From the NCBI GenBank assembly GCA_951406725.2, contig OX597817.1:28520001-28584000 (forward strand): a DNA stretch of 64,000 nucleotides, given 5' to 3'. The translations under genes were made by a program, and so were the position numbers. The notes beneath the pieces were generated by a model. It had not been told where the DNA came from, did no database searches, and saw only the letters and a program-made list of their open reading frames with translations. Shown here piece by piece: positions 37,520 through 51,420 of this stretch. Source of the stretch: Octopus vulgaris (lineage: Eukaryota). Within the stretch, counting starts at the first letter, position 1. The number at the start of each line of letters is the position of its first letter.

Positions 37520-39579
37520 TAAGATGGGTATCCTGCTGTAGATTATTGCGTCAGTGCTGTAATAATAATGCCATATATATAATGATAATGAACAGTATCG
37601 AATTATAATTTATAAGTTGTAATAATATATTAACAATAATACATATATGCTTTTCATATTCTCATTTTTATGTTTCAGTTTTTGCGCTTTGTACCCAGTT
37701 CTTTCATTCACTTTTCTTTCATCTTTCTCTCAAACACGATTTTTGTGTCTTATTTTCCACAATCTCTCAGACTTTTCATCTCTTAATACATTAATACATG
37801 TATCTTACTCTTATCATTATCATCAATAATTTCACTCCACACCTTCTCACTTTTTTTTATTTATCAGTCTTGTGTCTATTAGTTTCTTACTTTCTGTCTT
37901 TCCTCATCATTTCTATCTCTCATTCAGTCTATCTCTTGTTCAGTTATTTAATCTATTCCTCCTTCTCTATCTCTCTTTTGCTCTCTCTCTCTCATTTGTT
38001 CTTTCCTTTCTTCTCTCAGTCCTTTTGCTTCTTCTATTTTTTTCTCTCATTCTTGTACTCATTTCTTTGTTGCCACTCTCTTTTCTTTTTATCGTTACAT
38101 CTATCTTTTTTTTTTTTCTCCTTTTCACTATGAAAGAAAAAGTTTTCATAGAGGATTGGCCAAATCTGTTTTGCACAGTCTGATAATTCCATAACACCCA
38201 TTAAATCAGTATCTAAACCCATCGGAAGTTCAAAGAGTATCTTTCAAAGCATAAAATAGTCTGAAAAATTGTCTGAAATAGTCTATAACCTTACCTAAAA
38301 TTGTTTTATGCTTAGAGTAAAATACTAACGAAAGAGAGAGAGAGAGTGAGAGAGAGAGAGCATAAAACAAAATGGGGTGAAGCCATATTTTAATCCCACC
38401 CATTTTCAGCATCGATTTTCAGAACAAATAATATTCATTTGTCACTAATTTCCATTTATAATTAAGCTCTTCTTTGTTGAAATTTGTAATGACCAAAATT
38501 TCTTCTTTCCATTTATTTTTCTGAATTAGACTAACAAGTATTTTACACTCTGATGTAATAATCAAAATTACAGACTGCTATTTTCCTCTCTTATTTTTAC
38601 TGATTTTTGTGTCACTGTGTAAATGCTATTTCCTTATTTCTCCATAATTCTATATTAATCAATTTATGCATTTAATTTATTCTAACCAGAATCTGAAATT
38701 AATAGAACAAATAGTATTGTAAACTTTTATTTTGTTTTTGGATTGTAATTGGTAAAATACAATACACCAGACCTTTTCAAATATTTAATTTAAAACAATG
38801 CATCTTAAAGACTTATTCAGATAAATATTTATATTTTTATGTTTCCATTTGTCATGTTACTTCTATTTAAAATTCTTTCCAACATAAAGTCATCAATATT
38901 TATTGTTCTTCTGGTGGCCTCTTATCAAGGACACATTCACAATATACCTAAGATGACAAGAAACAAAGAGCCCTCTACCTGGTTGTTTAACCTCTTAGAA
39001 ATAGCTACCAAATCACGATCAGATCATTGTACCCTTTTAGAAGTTGAAGTTTTTCTAGATGTACTATGTCTGAAAGAAAAATGATATTACAAACTGGTGT
39101 CACAAATTAAAAGAAACATCTTTGAATGACAGAGCATGTTCAAAACATAAAATGCAAGTCATATAACAGAATCATATTCTTTAAAATATAACTTTCTCAA
39201 GATGTCTTCTGTTTTAAGTTCTAGAAAACAAAGAAACTTCCTTCACAAAATTACATAGCACATCTTTAAAAAATGACATAAAATATCCAGAATATGCAAT
39301 TCTTCAATTGGAGTACCACAATACTGCCTTGTATTTATCTTGTTGCAATATGTGCTTACACAATCTCCCCACACCCCTTTTCATGTACACAACCTTTTTT
39401 TATACAGAAATGTATTTATAATAAAAAAGATGGTAGTAATTTTGATAATGATCTTTCATATTATTTAACAGTAAGGACTAATATCACACAATGTTGCTCA
39501 ACTACAGTACTACATCAGTCATCTAAACCCAGAAACAGGCTTCAAATTAGCACAAATTACTGACGTAATACAAACAGTC

Positions 39580-41010
39580 TATCCAAAGTACCACATATGT
39601 AAGTCTCACCAAATACATAAACCTATGGTAACTTAAAGGCCTGTTACTAGTGTTGAGACTTAATGTCTTTTGCTGAGCTATATGCTGTCTACCACGTCTC
39701 TCATGAACAGAAATTCTTCATAGAAGAAATATTCAGCACACTTTGTAGAATTAGTTGATCACCGGTCAGTCATGTCCTGTCAAATGGTTAGCCTTGATGT
39801 GATGAACCTATTTACAATGGTTTCAAGAAATTAAGCACTGCCTGACTAGAAATGTCCTGACTAAGAAGACTCTTTAAATACCCACAAGGGATTTCTTATA
39901 GAGATACAAATCCAGAAATTTGAGAGGAGGTGCTTAGTTGATTATGTCAAGCCAGAACTTGATTGGTGCTTTATTTCATCACCCTTGGAAAGTTGAAAAG
40001 CAATTCTAGTGGAATTTGAATTCAAAATGTAAAGAGCATTGACTAAATATGACACAGTATTTTCTCTGAACAAATTTTGCCAAACTATGAAAATACCAAG
40101 TGATAACATCATGCAAATAATAACACTGTAATTAAAACTAGCTAACACCTGAATCAAAAATCAAATTTATGAACATTAAGAAGGGGTAGTTTTGGGTTCA
40201 CCATTTCCACTTTTAATGGTTAACATTGTTACATGGGCTAATTCAAAAGCTTAGTTGCAGAAAGTACTACACGTAAGCTTGTAACCCAGGTAAGATATGT
40301 AGATGATGCCTTCATGACTGGTAAACAATCAAGAGGACATTGCATTGATGTAGCACTGGAGACTACATTAATGAAATTTATCATGGAGAAAGAAACTAAT
40401 TGTCATTCATTATTGCATTAGTGTAAATGATAGAAGCAAGTGTCAGGATATCAGTGATCTAGAACCAACAACCGCTGGATAAGCCTGCCTCTCATTTCAT
40501 ACAGTGGCTGTGTAGCAAGAATTTTGCCTTTCAGACACATGGTTCTGGTTTCAGTCCCACTGCATGACATCTTGGTCTTCTACCATAGCCCCAGGCTGAC
40601 CAAAGCCTTGTGAGTGGATTTGGTAGACAGAGGCATGTCACATGTATTTATATACAACTATGTGTTTGCATGTATCAATATGTGTGCATATATCTTTGTC
40701 TGTCTTTGTGCATGTTTTTGTCTCTCAGCACCACTTGATTAGTGCTGTGGGTTTGTTTATAACTTAGCAATTTGGCAAAAGAGGCTGATATAATAAGCAC
40801 CAGGTTTTAAAAACATATGTGAGTCTTGTGTTGATTTGTTCAACTAAACCCTCCAAAATAGTGCCCCAGCATGGCCACAACCCAGTGATTGAAACAAGTA
40901 AAAAATGAAAAACCCTCAATATTGAGCAAAAATACTCTGCTTTAACATATCAGTTTATACAAAAGGAATACATCACCTAAAAGATACATTTTTCAGATAA
41001 CAAGTATCCA
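39580..41010 (+). mobile_element. Decayed Penelope-like element RT region, interrupted by SINE-B (about 39915-40085, -) and SINE-A (40503-40910, +)
   Basis: MVSLDVMNLFTMV (near 39785), EGVVLGSPFPLLMVNI (near 40180), RYVDDAF (near 40293) and MKFIMEKE (near 40371) match PLE RT motifs VSFDVxSLFTNV, GxAMGSPLSPxLAN, YVDD and IKFTxExE. Confidence 0.8.
40503..40910 (+). mobile_element. SINE family A (diverged)
   Basis: Head AGTGGCTGTGTAGCAAG; tail GTGCCCCAGCATGGCCAC...GAAACAAGTAAA. Confidence 0.85.
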
Positions 41011-41669
41011 TTCCTTTATATAATACTCAGCTACCATTAAGCACAAAGTAGAAGTTAAGCCTACGTAATTTCAGAGTGCCTGAACCTCATCATCATCGAA
41101 GAAAATTCAATGCATTTATAGCTATAGAGCCGTGTTAAAAAGTAATTTAATATTTTTCAGATTCTTTATATAATTTCAACTGTGTTCAAGAGTAGCTAGA
41201 ACATAACATATGAACTGCATCAATAACATTGTATACACTTGCTGAAGTTCTTTTAAATGAGAAATTGAAAGATCTTGGAAGTCAAAAGAGATGAACCTTA
41301 AAAAGCTTTGTTGAGAGGAGAAACTGCATATAAACCAATAACTTACTGATTCTACCAAGCCATTGCTGTTCTGATTAAATAATAATAGTAATAATAATCA
41401 AAATAAAAAGTGATAGATTTTTTTGGAAATGATATTTAAAATGTTGCTACTGCTGAAATATTAGGTATTTCTTTTTTAAATTATCATGTAATTATCTGAT
41501 AAATGTAATTAATAATGAAATGTGAGATAAGTGTGGCCAGTTCTTTGATTCTGCTTGAACTAACAAAAACGTTATATTACCACAAATTCTTATTAGTAGT
41601 CTTAAAATTTTGTACCATTAGATTGTTAAAAACTCGTGTTGTCGTTGCTAATGAAAGAAATATATATTT

Positions 41670-41992
41670 CTTTTATCTCTTACTTGCTTTTGTTATTAGA
41701 CTGTGACAGAGCTGAGGCATTGTCTTGAAGGGTTTTAGTTGAATGAATAAATCCCACTAGTTATTTTTTAAAGCCTAGTACTTTTACTATTGTCTCTTTT
41801 GCCTAACTACTAATGGGATGTAAATAAACTAGCATTGGTTGTCAAATGGTGGTAACAGTGGGGTAGAGGGACAAACATACACTCATTTAATGTCTGCTTT
41901 CCAAGGTGACATATGACAGGCTTCATGGTACTGAATTTTAAACTATGTGGTTAGGAAGTAAACTTCTTACCACACAGCCTTGCCTGCATCTA
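41670..41992 (-). mobile_element. SINE family A (diverged, internally deleted)
   Basis: CTTACCACACAGCC head near 41965-41980; tail-like sequence at 41670-41830. Confidence 0.7.
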
Positions 41993-43549
41993 TGTATTTG
42001 ATGCTGATTTTAAATAAATACAATTGGTAGAATATTATGTAATTTGGAAGTGATGAGACAAAGTAATTACTGTAGATTTCCCTCTGATTAAAATTTTGTG
42101 ATGGGTCTGAAAAATGTAGCCACCTAGATTTATTAAAACTTTTGAAAGCTTTAGACTTAGAGCGAAGTAATAATTGTCTGAATCAACTCAGACCCCCACC
42201 CCCTCCTAAAAAAATCTCCCCCCCCCCAATCACAACACCCTAACAAACAAAGAATTCAATTATAGATCAAAAGTTGAATACGTTGATGCATTGCGTAGAG
42301 AAACAAATTTATTATTTCAGATAGAGCTTTTTGTTGAGTGTAGCCTTTCACTTCCAGTGGTATACACTATTTCTATTTTGTAAAATTAATGATCGACATG
42401 TGTTTGTGCATCCTTTGTTACTGGCACTCCATTGCCTCTCCAAATAATACGTTTAATATCTTTCTTTCGGATCATTTCAGTATGTTTAAAATGGAAACTC
42501 TGAAGTGTAAGCAACCCAGAAACTCCATGACTATCTGCTCATGTTGTGTCATGCATCTACATACAATTACTGAGAAGTTGTAATATATGACATGTAATGG
42601 CTGATTGAATGAACTTTTGTTTGTTCAATCCCCACAACTTTATTCACTCTTTTATGTTTATCTGTTTTATCATCATTCTGTCTAATAATGAATAGTGGAC
42701 TTCCTCAACAGCAATACCTAAGTGCTATTTAGCCTTCTGCTAAACAGAATCTACCTAGCCTCATGCTTTAATAATTCTATGAACTGGCAACTAACTCCTC
42801 TTATCACTTTTCCCTTTCAATGTTGATTCTATTGACTTGATATGAGGAAATTACTTGACTCTCTAACTATATATCAAATAATAACACAATGTGTTCGTGA
42901 CACAATGATGTAGTCTTTGCAACTAACAATTATCCTGAATACAAATAAGAAATATCGTTATCACTTTTGTATGGATACTTGGTTACAGATGAGCAGATCT
43001 ACAATACTGCTTTAGACATATATTGTCAACAAATGACCTATGCACTGCTGATTTATGGTGAAAGGACAACAGCAGAGTTATGACCTATAGAATTATCTGA
43101 TGACCATGTGGATTTCTACTGTATTTATATGTTTAGCTCATTTCTTGTTCATATCTGATCAATTTTGTTATTAATAATATACTTTATCCTCCAAAGAAAT
43201 ATGATACATTCTGTTGCTTATCATGTCAACTTTGATATGTTACCTTGTTTAGCGATAAACATTTAGAAAGAACATTTAATGGAGAATGATAAAATATTTA
43301 AAAGCTTTTGATATCGTCTCAGAGATTTCCCCTGAGTATTTTAATCAGTATGAAACTAGACAATTGGCAGTTGACTTTCATCTGATTAATATAATAGGAT
43401 AGATTACATGAATATCAAACACCATCTACCAGTTATGTTGGTAATAAATGAATTAATTTAAAATTGCTGTAAATTGAATATTTTGGCATTCACTTGTAAA
43501 ACATTTTTCGCTATAAAGTTCTGGTCTCACACCTAGAAGGATGTATTTA

Positions 43550-43770
43550 CCTTGTTGTTGTTTAATCCCCAGTATTGACCTTGCAGACCTATCATGCTCA
43601 ATCGTGGATATTCCACGCATGACAATCACTGTCTTTTTTCAAATATTCTATATAAGACTGTGTTGTAAAATGTATTTCCTTTTTTAAGATGTTAAAGTGT
43701 AACTTGAGGGAGATTTTGTTGATGATTGTAGTAGGTCAAATGACCACTTAGACTCCTTCATTAGATCAGT
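43550..43770 (+). repeat. Unclassified dispersed repeat; related copies at about 21515-21715 (-), 38950-39150 (-), 50020-50180 (+), 53480-53610 (+)
   Basis: Recurrent degenerate motifs GCAGACCTAT.AT.A... and TTGA.GGAGATTT.G.TG.TATTT.TAG.AG.TC.A.TGACCAC. Confidence 0.5.
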
Positions 43771-44945
43771 TTAACTTGTTTAACAACATCCTGGACTCTT
43801 CAAATGTTACAGAATGACAATGAACTTCTTCTACGCTGAGTTTGCAAAGCAATGCTTTGATAATGTCTCTGTTATAGAAAGAAGAAATAAAATAACATGC
43901 AGTGGAGGACACCAGAAAAAGTAGACTAAGCAAGTTGTGAAGATAGAGAAGTATAAAGATATAGAGAGAAAGAAAAACTACAAAATTTATTTTTCTGGAT
44001 TTTTTATTTCTGTATATCTTAGAATGGAGACAATGCGTTAAATCAAGGGCTATTCAGTACAGATGGCTACAACTTGAAGATCGTTTACAGAATTATGAAA
44101 TAGTGGTTGTGTAGAGGCACAAAAGATGGTAGTGGGGTAAATGTATAGACATAAAAGTGTGGTAAATGTCAACATCAAACTTCACATTGCTATATATTTC
44201 TACACAAAGGAACATATTGTCCCATTCATTACTCTTAAAATAAGAGGCTAATTTGAAATGAATTAACAACTTTTAGCTTATAATTAGGAATAGGATTGAA
44301 CTGGAAACCATATAAGAACTTCTTAACCACATAAGTATGCCTTTTGGTACTCATGAAACAAATGAAGTCAGGAAAAAGAGAGAGAGAACAGCATAGGGAG
44401 AGAGAGTAAGAGATAGGGAGGGAGAGAGAGATAGAGAGAGAAACAGAGAGACTGACTGGAGTGGTCTTGAAGAATATAGTAGTAGAATGTCAAGAGTGAT
44501 TTGTTTTTTTTGTAATAACTGATATGTATGTGAGAGTGAGGGAGAGAGAGAGAGTACTAAGGTAGGTGAGAGAGAGAGAGAGAGAGAGAGTACTAAAGCA
44601 GGTGAAAAATGCTAGACTGGGCAGCTGATAGAACTAGGAATATATAAATAAAAACTAGCTAAAATAGGAAAAACTGAAAGATGATGAGATTAAAGCTATG
44701 ACTTAATATAATTAATTTGTCCTATATTTCTGAAGATATTTTTTTCCACATATTCATTTTTCTCTCTCTCCAGATTAATAAGATAACAAAAAGCATACTG
44801 ATATTAGACTTTCCAGCAAAATAGTTTTAAAAAAACACAATAGCAAAATTCCCATTTATTTATTAATTTGTTACAACAATTCTCTTCACACATTATTTCC
44901 AATGTTAAATCTTCTAACTGCTTCTGAAAAACCAATACACACCAC

Positions 44946-45348
44946 CATCATCATCATGACATTCATTTTTCCATGCAAAGTTCATAAGGAATTTGTTGAT
45001 GCAGATTTTCTATGGCCAGATACCTATCCTTTTACTAACTCTCATTCACTTTTGGGCCAGGTAATATTTTCTCATGATTAAACATGGTTTCATGGAAGAT
45101 TAGAGATGAATGATACTGTTTTTGTGACAGTGACACTCATTTGCAACCATTATGCAGTGTCAAAATGAAGAGAGAGAGAGCGAGAGAGAGACATGAACAT
45201 GCACATACACACAACTTACTTCTTTCAGTTTCCATTTACCAAATTCACTCATAGTAGAAGAGGATTGTCCAAGGTGCCATGCTGTGGGACTAAACCTGAA
45301 ACCAAAATTGTTGGGAAGCAAACTTAACCACATAATCATAACTGTACC
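44946..45348 (-). mobile_element. SINE with family-A head and RTE-type tail (decayed)
   Basis: Head 45215-45348; tail with CAGATTTTCTATGGCCAGATACC and TTTTCCATGC/CATCATCAT at 44946-45030. Confidence 0.7.
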
Positions 45349-45629
45349 AATACTAAATAGCTTGTTTAAACATCAACTGGATAATTGTAGCTGGGTTGTA
45401 CAGTTTCTGCCCCCTAAGTTTTTGTTCACAATGTTGGAGTTAAACAAAGGGTATAGAAAATGACATTTGTCTAAGATGGCAACAGCAGGATTGAACATGG
45501 GACATTGTGGTTGTAAGGCAAACTTCTGAATCATCTGTTTTTCAGTAAAGAGCTCTGTCACTGACTCCTGTTTCATTACTTTGCTTTACAGAATTTACAT
45601 TCTCTTGTGAATTATTAAAAGGAGAGATA

Positions 45630-45998
45630 TATGCAAGCTAACACTGGGCCTCACTGAGGAAATGAAAAGGAACTGGGAGTTGTGATGATGTGCTGTACTT
45701 GAGAAAATATGTCAAGCCAAGTAAAATCACTGCCATCCATAAATACAGGCTTTACCCTTTACAGGTGCCACTGCCACATACAATGCACTCATGCTGGTGC
45801 TGCATGACCGCATCTATGCTGGTGGTATGTAAAAAGCACTCTGCACACTCAGTAAAGTGGTTGGCATTTGGAAAGGCATCCAGCTCTAGAAACCATGCCA
45901 CAACATATAATTGGAGTCTGGACAAATCCTTGACTGGTCAGCTCCAGTCAAGCTATCCAACCCATGCCAGCATGGAAAATGGACGATGATGATGATGA
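45630..45998 (+). mobile_element. RTE-type LINE 3' end
   Basis: GGAAAGGCATCCAGCT and CCAACCCATGCCAGCATGGAAAATGGACGATGATGATG terminus. Confidence 0.7.
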
Positions 45999-47559
45999 AT
46001 AGTAAAATTATCCATGATAAGATGAGAGAGAAAATAATATTCTTCAAGAACTCCTTTAGGAGTTATGCTAACAATGCATGTGCACACACACAAACAAACA
46101 CACACAAACACATTATTCTACATGAAACAAGCAGAGGAAGCCCTATCTCCATTAACTACTGACTAGGGATCACAATAATTTTTAACTTTTTAACAGTATT
46201 GTTTCTTTCATCAGTCAATCAATGAAACTCTTGATGTTTATCTAGCACTCATAGACTTGTGCTCTAGATCCTTGAAATTAATTTCTTCATATATTTTGTA
46301 AAATGATATATTCATAGCTCTGACTACAGCTGTGATTATGTTTGATGATGTACTTGGCAATGTAGTTAATACTTATTTCTCTTGAAGGTTGACTAAATTT
46401 TGATACCTTGGGACTATTTTATCTAGAAAAATTCTTGTCAACTCTCATTTCAGTTTTGCTGATAAAGCTCATAGCTGTACTCTTTTATAAATTGGTCAGT
46501 TTACATGATGTGCCCTAATGATTCATACATTTGTAGACTCTGATATTTCTTGAGGCTTTTTGAAAATTCTGACAGATACACGCATGCAAATATGGCTAAA
46601 CTATTTTAAAATGAAACTGAGATTGTTATTTCTTATTTATTTTTGTGTTATAGATTGGCAGACTTCAAATAGGATTTTTTTTAGCAATTAAATGATAAAA
46701 AAAAAACTATATGCGTAGTTTTATTACTGATCTAAACTGATTTATGATTTCATCATCCACCATCCTTATTTTTTTGGGGAAAAAATTCAATTAGTTAATG
46801 AAATTAACTAATTAATGAAATAAAGAATTAACACTTGAATACCAGTGTATTTCTCGATAATTATTTCATTTCCTATTTTTATTTATAATTATTACCCAAA
46901 TGAGAGAGCTTATTATGCGCAGCCATCTAACATACATTGGCATAAAGCGGACCATTAAACTGTTGATGATTATAGTGAAGATAACATTTAGGATATAATT
47001 ATTAGCCAGTGAAAAAGTTTATTTGAAATTTTGACAAATTATTTCTAGCATTGATTGAATAGGTTGAGTAGTAGAGTGCATGTAGAATTCTTTTCAATCT
47101 CCGGATTTTACAAAGCAGTTTCAATAATCTCATATAATACTTTCAATATTAAAATAATAGAATGCTCTTCAAAAATTGACATTTCAGTAGTGTATATATA
47201 TATTTATTTATTTATTTATTCACATTAGCATTTTTCTAACTCACCTATAAATTTATACGGTAAATATATATACTGACCATCTGGATTTAGTGAAGCCATT
47301 CAGTTATGGAATAGTTACTGGTGATGAGTCTGCAATTCTTCCAATGAAATTAGTCTAGTCCAGCGTTCTAGTTTTGCTTATAGGATAGTTATCTCCCCTG
47401 TCAGTATATGAAAATATGCTTCCTTGTAGTTCTAAGGATTTAACTCTTACTTCTGGCAATATAGGTGCTACCTAGCACCCTCTGTCACAATTAGTGACAA
47501 TTGAATTTTTTCTTTTTGATTTTATATTGTGTATAGCTGCCTATGTTATTTTGTAATTT

Positions 47560-48068
47560 TCACACTAGCAATTTGTGCCTCTCTATTTCTATGTCACACC
47601 CTAACCTTTCATCATCTAAAACCAGATCATCTCCTCCAATGCTCCCTCGATTATAGCAAGACACCTGTTTCTGCCTCTGCCTCTTTGTCACTCTAACTTT
47701 TCAGCCTCTGACACAATTTCCCCTTCTCAGATACCTTTGCCCCTCTCATTATTCCTTGTCTTGCGAGTTACTTGGTGTTCCTGCCAATGCTGTGCCATGT
47801 AAAATGCATCCAGTCTACACTGTAAGGTGGTTGACATTTGGAAGAGCATCCAGTTGTAAAAATCCTGCCAAAACTAACCTCACCTGTGCTAATGTCCTGA
47901 AAAAGCTCTGAGTCTACTCTGCAGAGTGGATGATATTAGAAAGGGCATCCAGCTGTAAAAACCTTGCCAAAACAGACATAGTCGCCTAGGGTAGTTTTCT
48001 ATCTGGCTCGCCCCTGTCAACTGTCTTACCCATGCATGCATGGAAGACAGATGTTAAATGATGATGAT
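47560..48068 (+). mobile_element. RTE-tailed repeat with internal duplication
   Basis: GAAG(A/G)GCATCCAG(T/C)TGTAAAA occurs twice (near 47840 and 47940); ends CCCATGCATGCATGGAAGACAGATGTTAAATGATGATGAT. Confidence 0.65.
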
Positions 48069-49159
48069 ATGATATAAATAATTTAAACAGGTGAAGATTT
48101 GGATTTGAAAGATATATGATTTCACGAAATTTCCAAGTACCAATATTTTAAAGTCATATGATATCCATCTATAAACATATATCTTATCTACGTAAGGTGA
48201 GCAAATATTTGTGTGCAAGTTTTGAATAAACACAATAGATAATCAAATAATTTTAAGAATCAAATCAAATCACAATACTTTGCAATAGATGTCATCTTCC
48301 ATACAGTTACAACAATGAAAATGCAAACATTATAACAAAAGTATTTTTGAAATATGTAACTTGAAATATTCAATAATGAAGCAAAATAATGCTCTTTTTA
48401 AACTACTTGGCAATGTAGTAGGCTTTATGCTGATATCAAATATGGAAACTATAGAGATGATTTAGAATGTCATTAAGCTCAATTTAACCTTTCATCTTAT
48501 CAAGTTGATAAAATTAATACTATAATCAAATATTGTAGTTGTTGATTGGATTCAAGAATGAAATATTACAAATCAACTGTCTAATCTCTAAACATACTGC
48601 CACATCGCTCCTCAGGCCTCAAACTTTCTCTCTCCTGAATGTCAGCAAACTGAAATTTCCTCTGTTCCCATGTTTATGTTACTACCTTTAACTTATTGGT
48701 ATTCAAGAGGAGCACCATCCACATAGAACTTTGCTGAATACAGTGGGCCTGCAAAGGACATGAGGATAGCCCATTCATTCACATCAAACCAGTTAAAAAA
48801 CAAAAAAAAAATACACAAAATAAAAACATGCACAAAAAACCCAACAACCAGCAACATCCCTTATAAAATGATTAACTCCTAAAATTTTAATGAGTTACTC
48901 ATTAGGAATACATAAAGAACAAAGCTAAAAGTTTGAACTGCAGATGTATGTAAGGACTAAAGAAATTTACTTCATGTCCACTACAATTATTTCTTTTGAC
49001 CTGGAGAGGTATCAGCATTGTGAAGAAAGGAGATATATTTAGCAGAATTAATGGGTATTCCTTGAATATAAAGTTGCTTTTGCTGAGGTTTGAATTGTGA
49101 AATAAGATAACATCTAAGTAAGTTCACAATCATCTACATTATTTCACTGTTATCATCCT

Positions 49160-49945
49160 CATTATCACTATTTAACATCCGTTCTCCATGCTGGCATGAA
49201 TTGGATGGTTTGACAGGAGCTGCCCATCTGAAGAGCTGCTCGGCCTCCATTTGTCTCCTTTGACATGGTTAGATCCCCTTTCTAATACCAACTACTTTAC
49301 AGAGTGTACTGGGTGCTTTTATATGACACTGGCATGGGTGCCTTTATGTGGCGCCAGTATGGGTCCTTTAACATGGCACCAGCACCCATAAGCCTGCAAG
49401 ACTATGATCTTTTGGCTGAGAGGGATATACAGGACATACCTGCATGCATAGACAGTCTCATTCCTTTGTCATTTCCTCTGTGAAGCCCATCATGTGATGA
49501 TCCTTTCTTATCACTTTGTCCCATGTCTTCCCTAGGTCTACCCCTTATACATGTTCCCTCCCCAATTAAAGATCAATACTTCTTAACCCTTTCGTTACTG
49601 TATTTATTTTGAGATGCTCCATGTTTCTTTCAATTACTTTAAATATTACAAAGAATTTAGTAAAATAACTTAGTTATCATTCAGCTAGTGTTAGGAACAT
49701 AAATTGTGACTAAGGTTTGGTGGAAGATTTTAATTCAAAACTTTTGAAAACAAGACATTTGTACTCGGGGCCAGAGCCAGTTTCAGCCGAGTTGGTAACG
49801 AAAGGGTTAATGCAGCTGTCCTCATCCATATACATCACATGACCATACTAGCATAGTCTTCTCTCTTGCACACTACTTCTGATGCCTCACATAACCAATC
49901 TTTCTCTTAAATGATTTACACTCTGTCATACATGCACACTGATAT
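49160..49945 (-). mobile_element. RTE LINE 3' fragment interrupted by a piggyBac MITE
   Basis: Joined across the MITE it reads SVQERRLC*YGHVMYMDEDSCIKKY*SLIGEGTCIRGRP (RTE RRLRWxGHVxRM...GxRxRGRP); 3' end CATGCCAGCATGGAGAACGGATGTTAAAT. Confidence 0.85.
49587..49806. mobile_element. piggyBac-type MITE, family 2 (copy 2)
   Basis: TTAA|CCCTTTCGTTAC...GTAACGAAAGGG|TTAA. Confidence 0.92.
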
Positions 49946-50992
49946 TACACACATGTACATTGTTCCACTGTGTAACCTATGTGACTTTTGATATTTTCAC
50001 TCCTGATATGCCATAACTATGCAGACCTATGATCAAAGACGTTCTTTGTGTGACCACCTTTTTTCTGACATTTAGGATTACATTATTCTATATGTCCTTC
50101 CATTTTGAAGATATTAAGTTATGATTTGAAAGCTATGTAGCTACTATTCATAACAAATCAAGTAACCACATATGGATTCATGATAAATAAAGTAAATGGG
50201 ACTTCATAAAATTATACAGGAAATTGGGTCTTATGGAAAATTATTGAATTTAAAATTCAGGAGATCAGATTTCTTTGTAATGACTTGTCAAAACACTAAT
50301 TGAAATTTTACTTATTGAAAATATTGATCAATTAATGACTTGTTTATCTTCTCAAATCAGTAACAGCCATATCGAATTCTTATCAAATTAATAATTAATT
50401 ACTAGATTTTACAATGTATAAAAAAATTTTCTTAATATTTGTCTCTTATATTATTCATTGGAAGTCATATCGGATTTTAATAAATTTCTAGAGAAAAGTA
50501 TGCCTGCTTAATTATGTTGTTTAGTCCCCAAGCCTAGATTTGACTGACTTAACCTTTTAGCATTCAGATTATTCTGTCAAATGTATGTCTGGTCAAAGGA
50601 AAATATTACCTTGTTTGGAAACAGATGAAGCACTCTGCCATAGAAAATCTGTCGCAGTATATTCTGTCTGACCCATGCTAGCATGGAAAAGTGGACATTA
50701 CATGATGATGATTATATATAAATGGGTGGGTATTTGTATCTTTATTTAGCTACATGAGTGTCTCAAGGAGTGAGAGTTTCACATATTGCACTTATCAACT
50801 TTGGAAAATGCAACACATAAATCTGTAAAATCTGTAGCTTTGGTAGCTTTAAAGCTAAATTTAAAAATACATTGGTTCTAGTTTAGTGTGCCGAGATCTA
50901 GTTTCCCTGTTTTCATTACCATACTTGTGTATGTGTGTTCCAGGGCTGATCAAAAACTTGTGAATGGATTTTTTCAACAGAAACTGAAAGAA

Positions 50993-51420
50993 GCGCAGGA
51001 GTGGCTGTGTGGTAAGTAGCTTGCTAACCAACCACATGGTTGCGGGTTCAGTCCAACTGCGTGGCATCTTGGGCAAGTGTCTTCTGCTATAGCCCCGGGC
51101 CGACCAATGCCTTGTGAGTGGATTTGGTAGACGGAAACTGAAAGAAGCCTGTCGTATATATATATGTATATATATATATATACATATATGTGTGTGTTTG
51201 TGTGTGTGTCTGTGTTTGTCCCCCTAGCGTTGCTTGACAACTAATGCTGGTGTGTTTACGTCCCCGTCACTTCGCGGTTCAGCAAAAGAGACTGCTAGAA
51301 TAAGTACTGGGCTTACAAAGAATAAGTCCCGGGGTCGATTTGATCGACTAAAGGTGGTGCTCCAGCATGGCCGCAGTCAAATGACTGAAACAAGTAAAAG
51401 AGTAAAAGAGAGTAAAGAGT
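50993..51420 (+). mobile_element. SINE family A (young) nested in an older A-head/RTE-tail SINE (about 50925-51683)
   Basis: The host breaks at GAAACTGAAAGAAGC| and resumes AAGCTTATCATTTATGTGTTTG..., then GGAAGAGCATCTG...GACCCAT. Confidence 0.9.

Noticed and set aside
42420-43260. Faint LINE-like coding traces (also about 13200-13620 and 48560-48790)
   Set aside because: Only isolated degenerate motifs; too decayed to call without a search.
46789-47500. Short palindromes at 46789-46813 and 47464-47499 (also about 342-373)
   Set aside because: Short or almost purely AT; plausible by chance at this composition.
14141-51240. Recurring ORFs MSSNARGTNTDT... and ...EDTCPRCHAVGLNPEPCGW, suggesting a peptide family
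   Set aside because: These are antisense readings of SINE-A, with frames that shift with microsatellite length.
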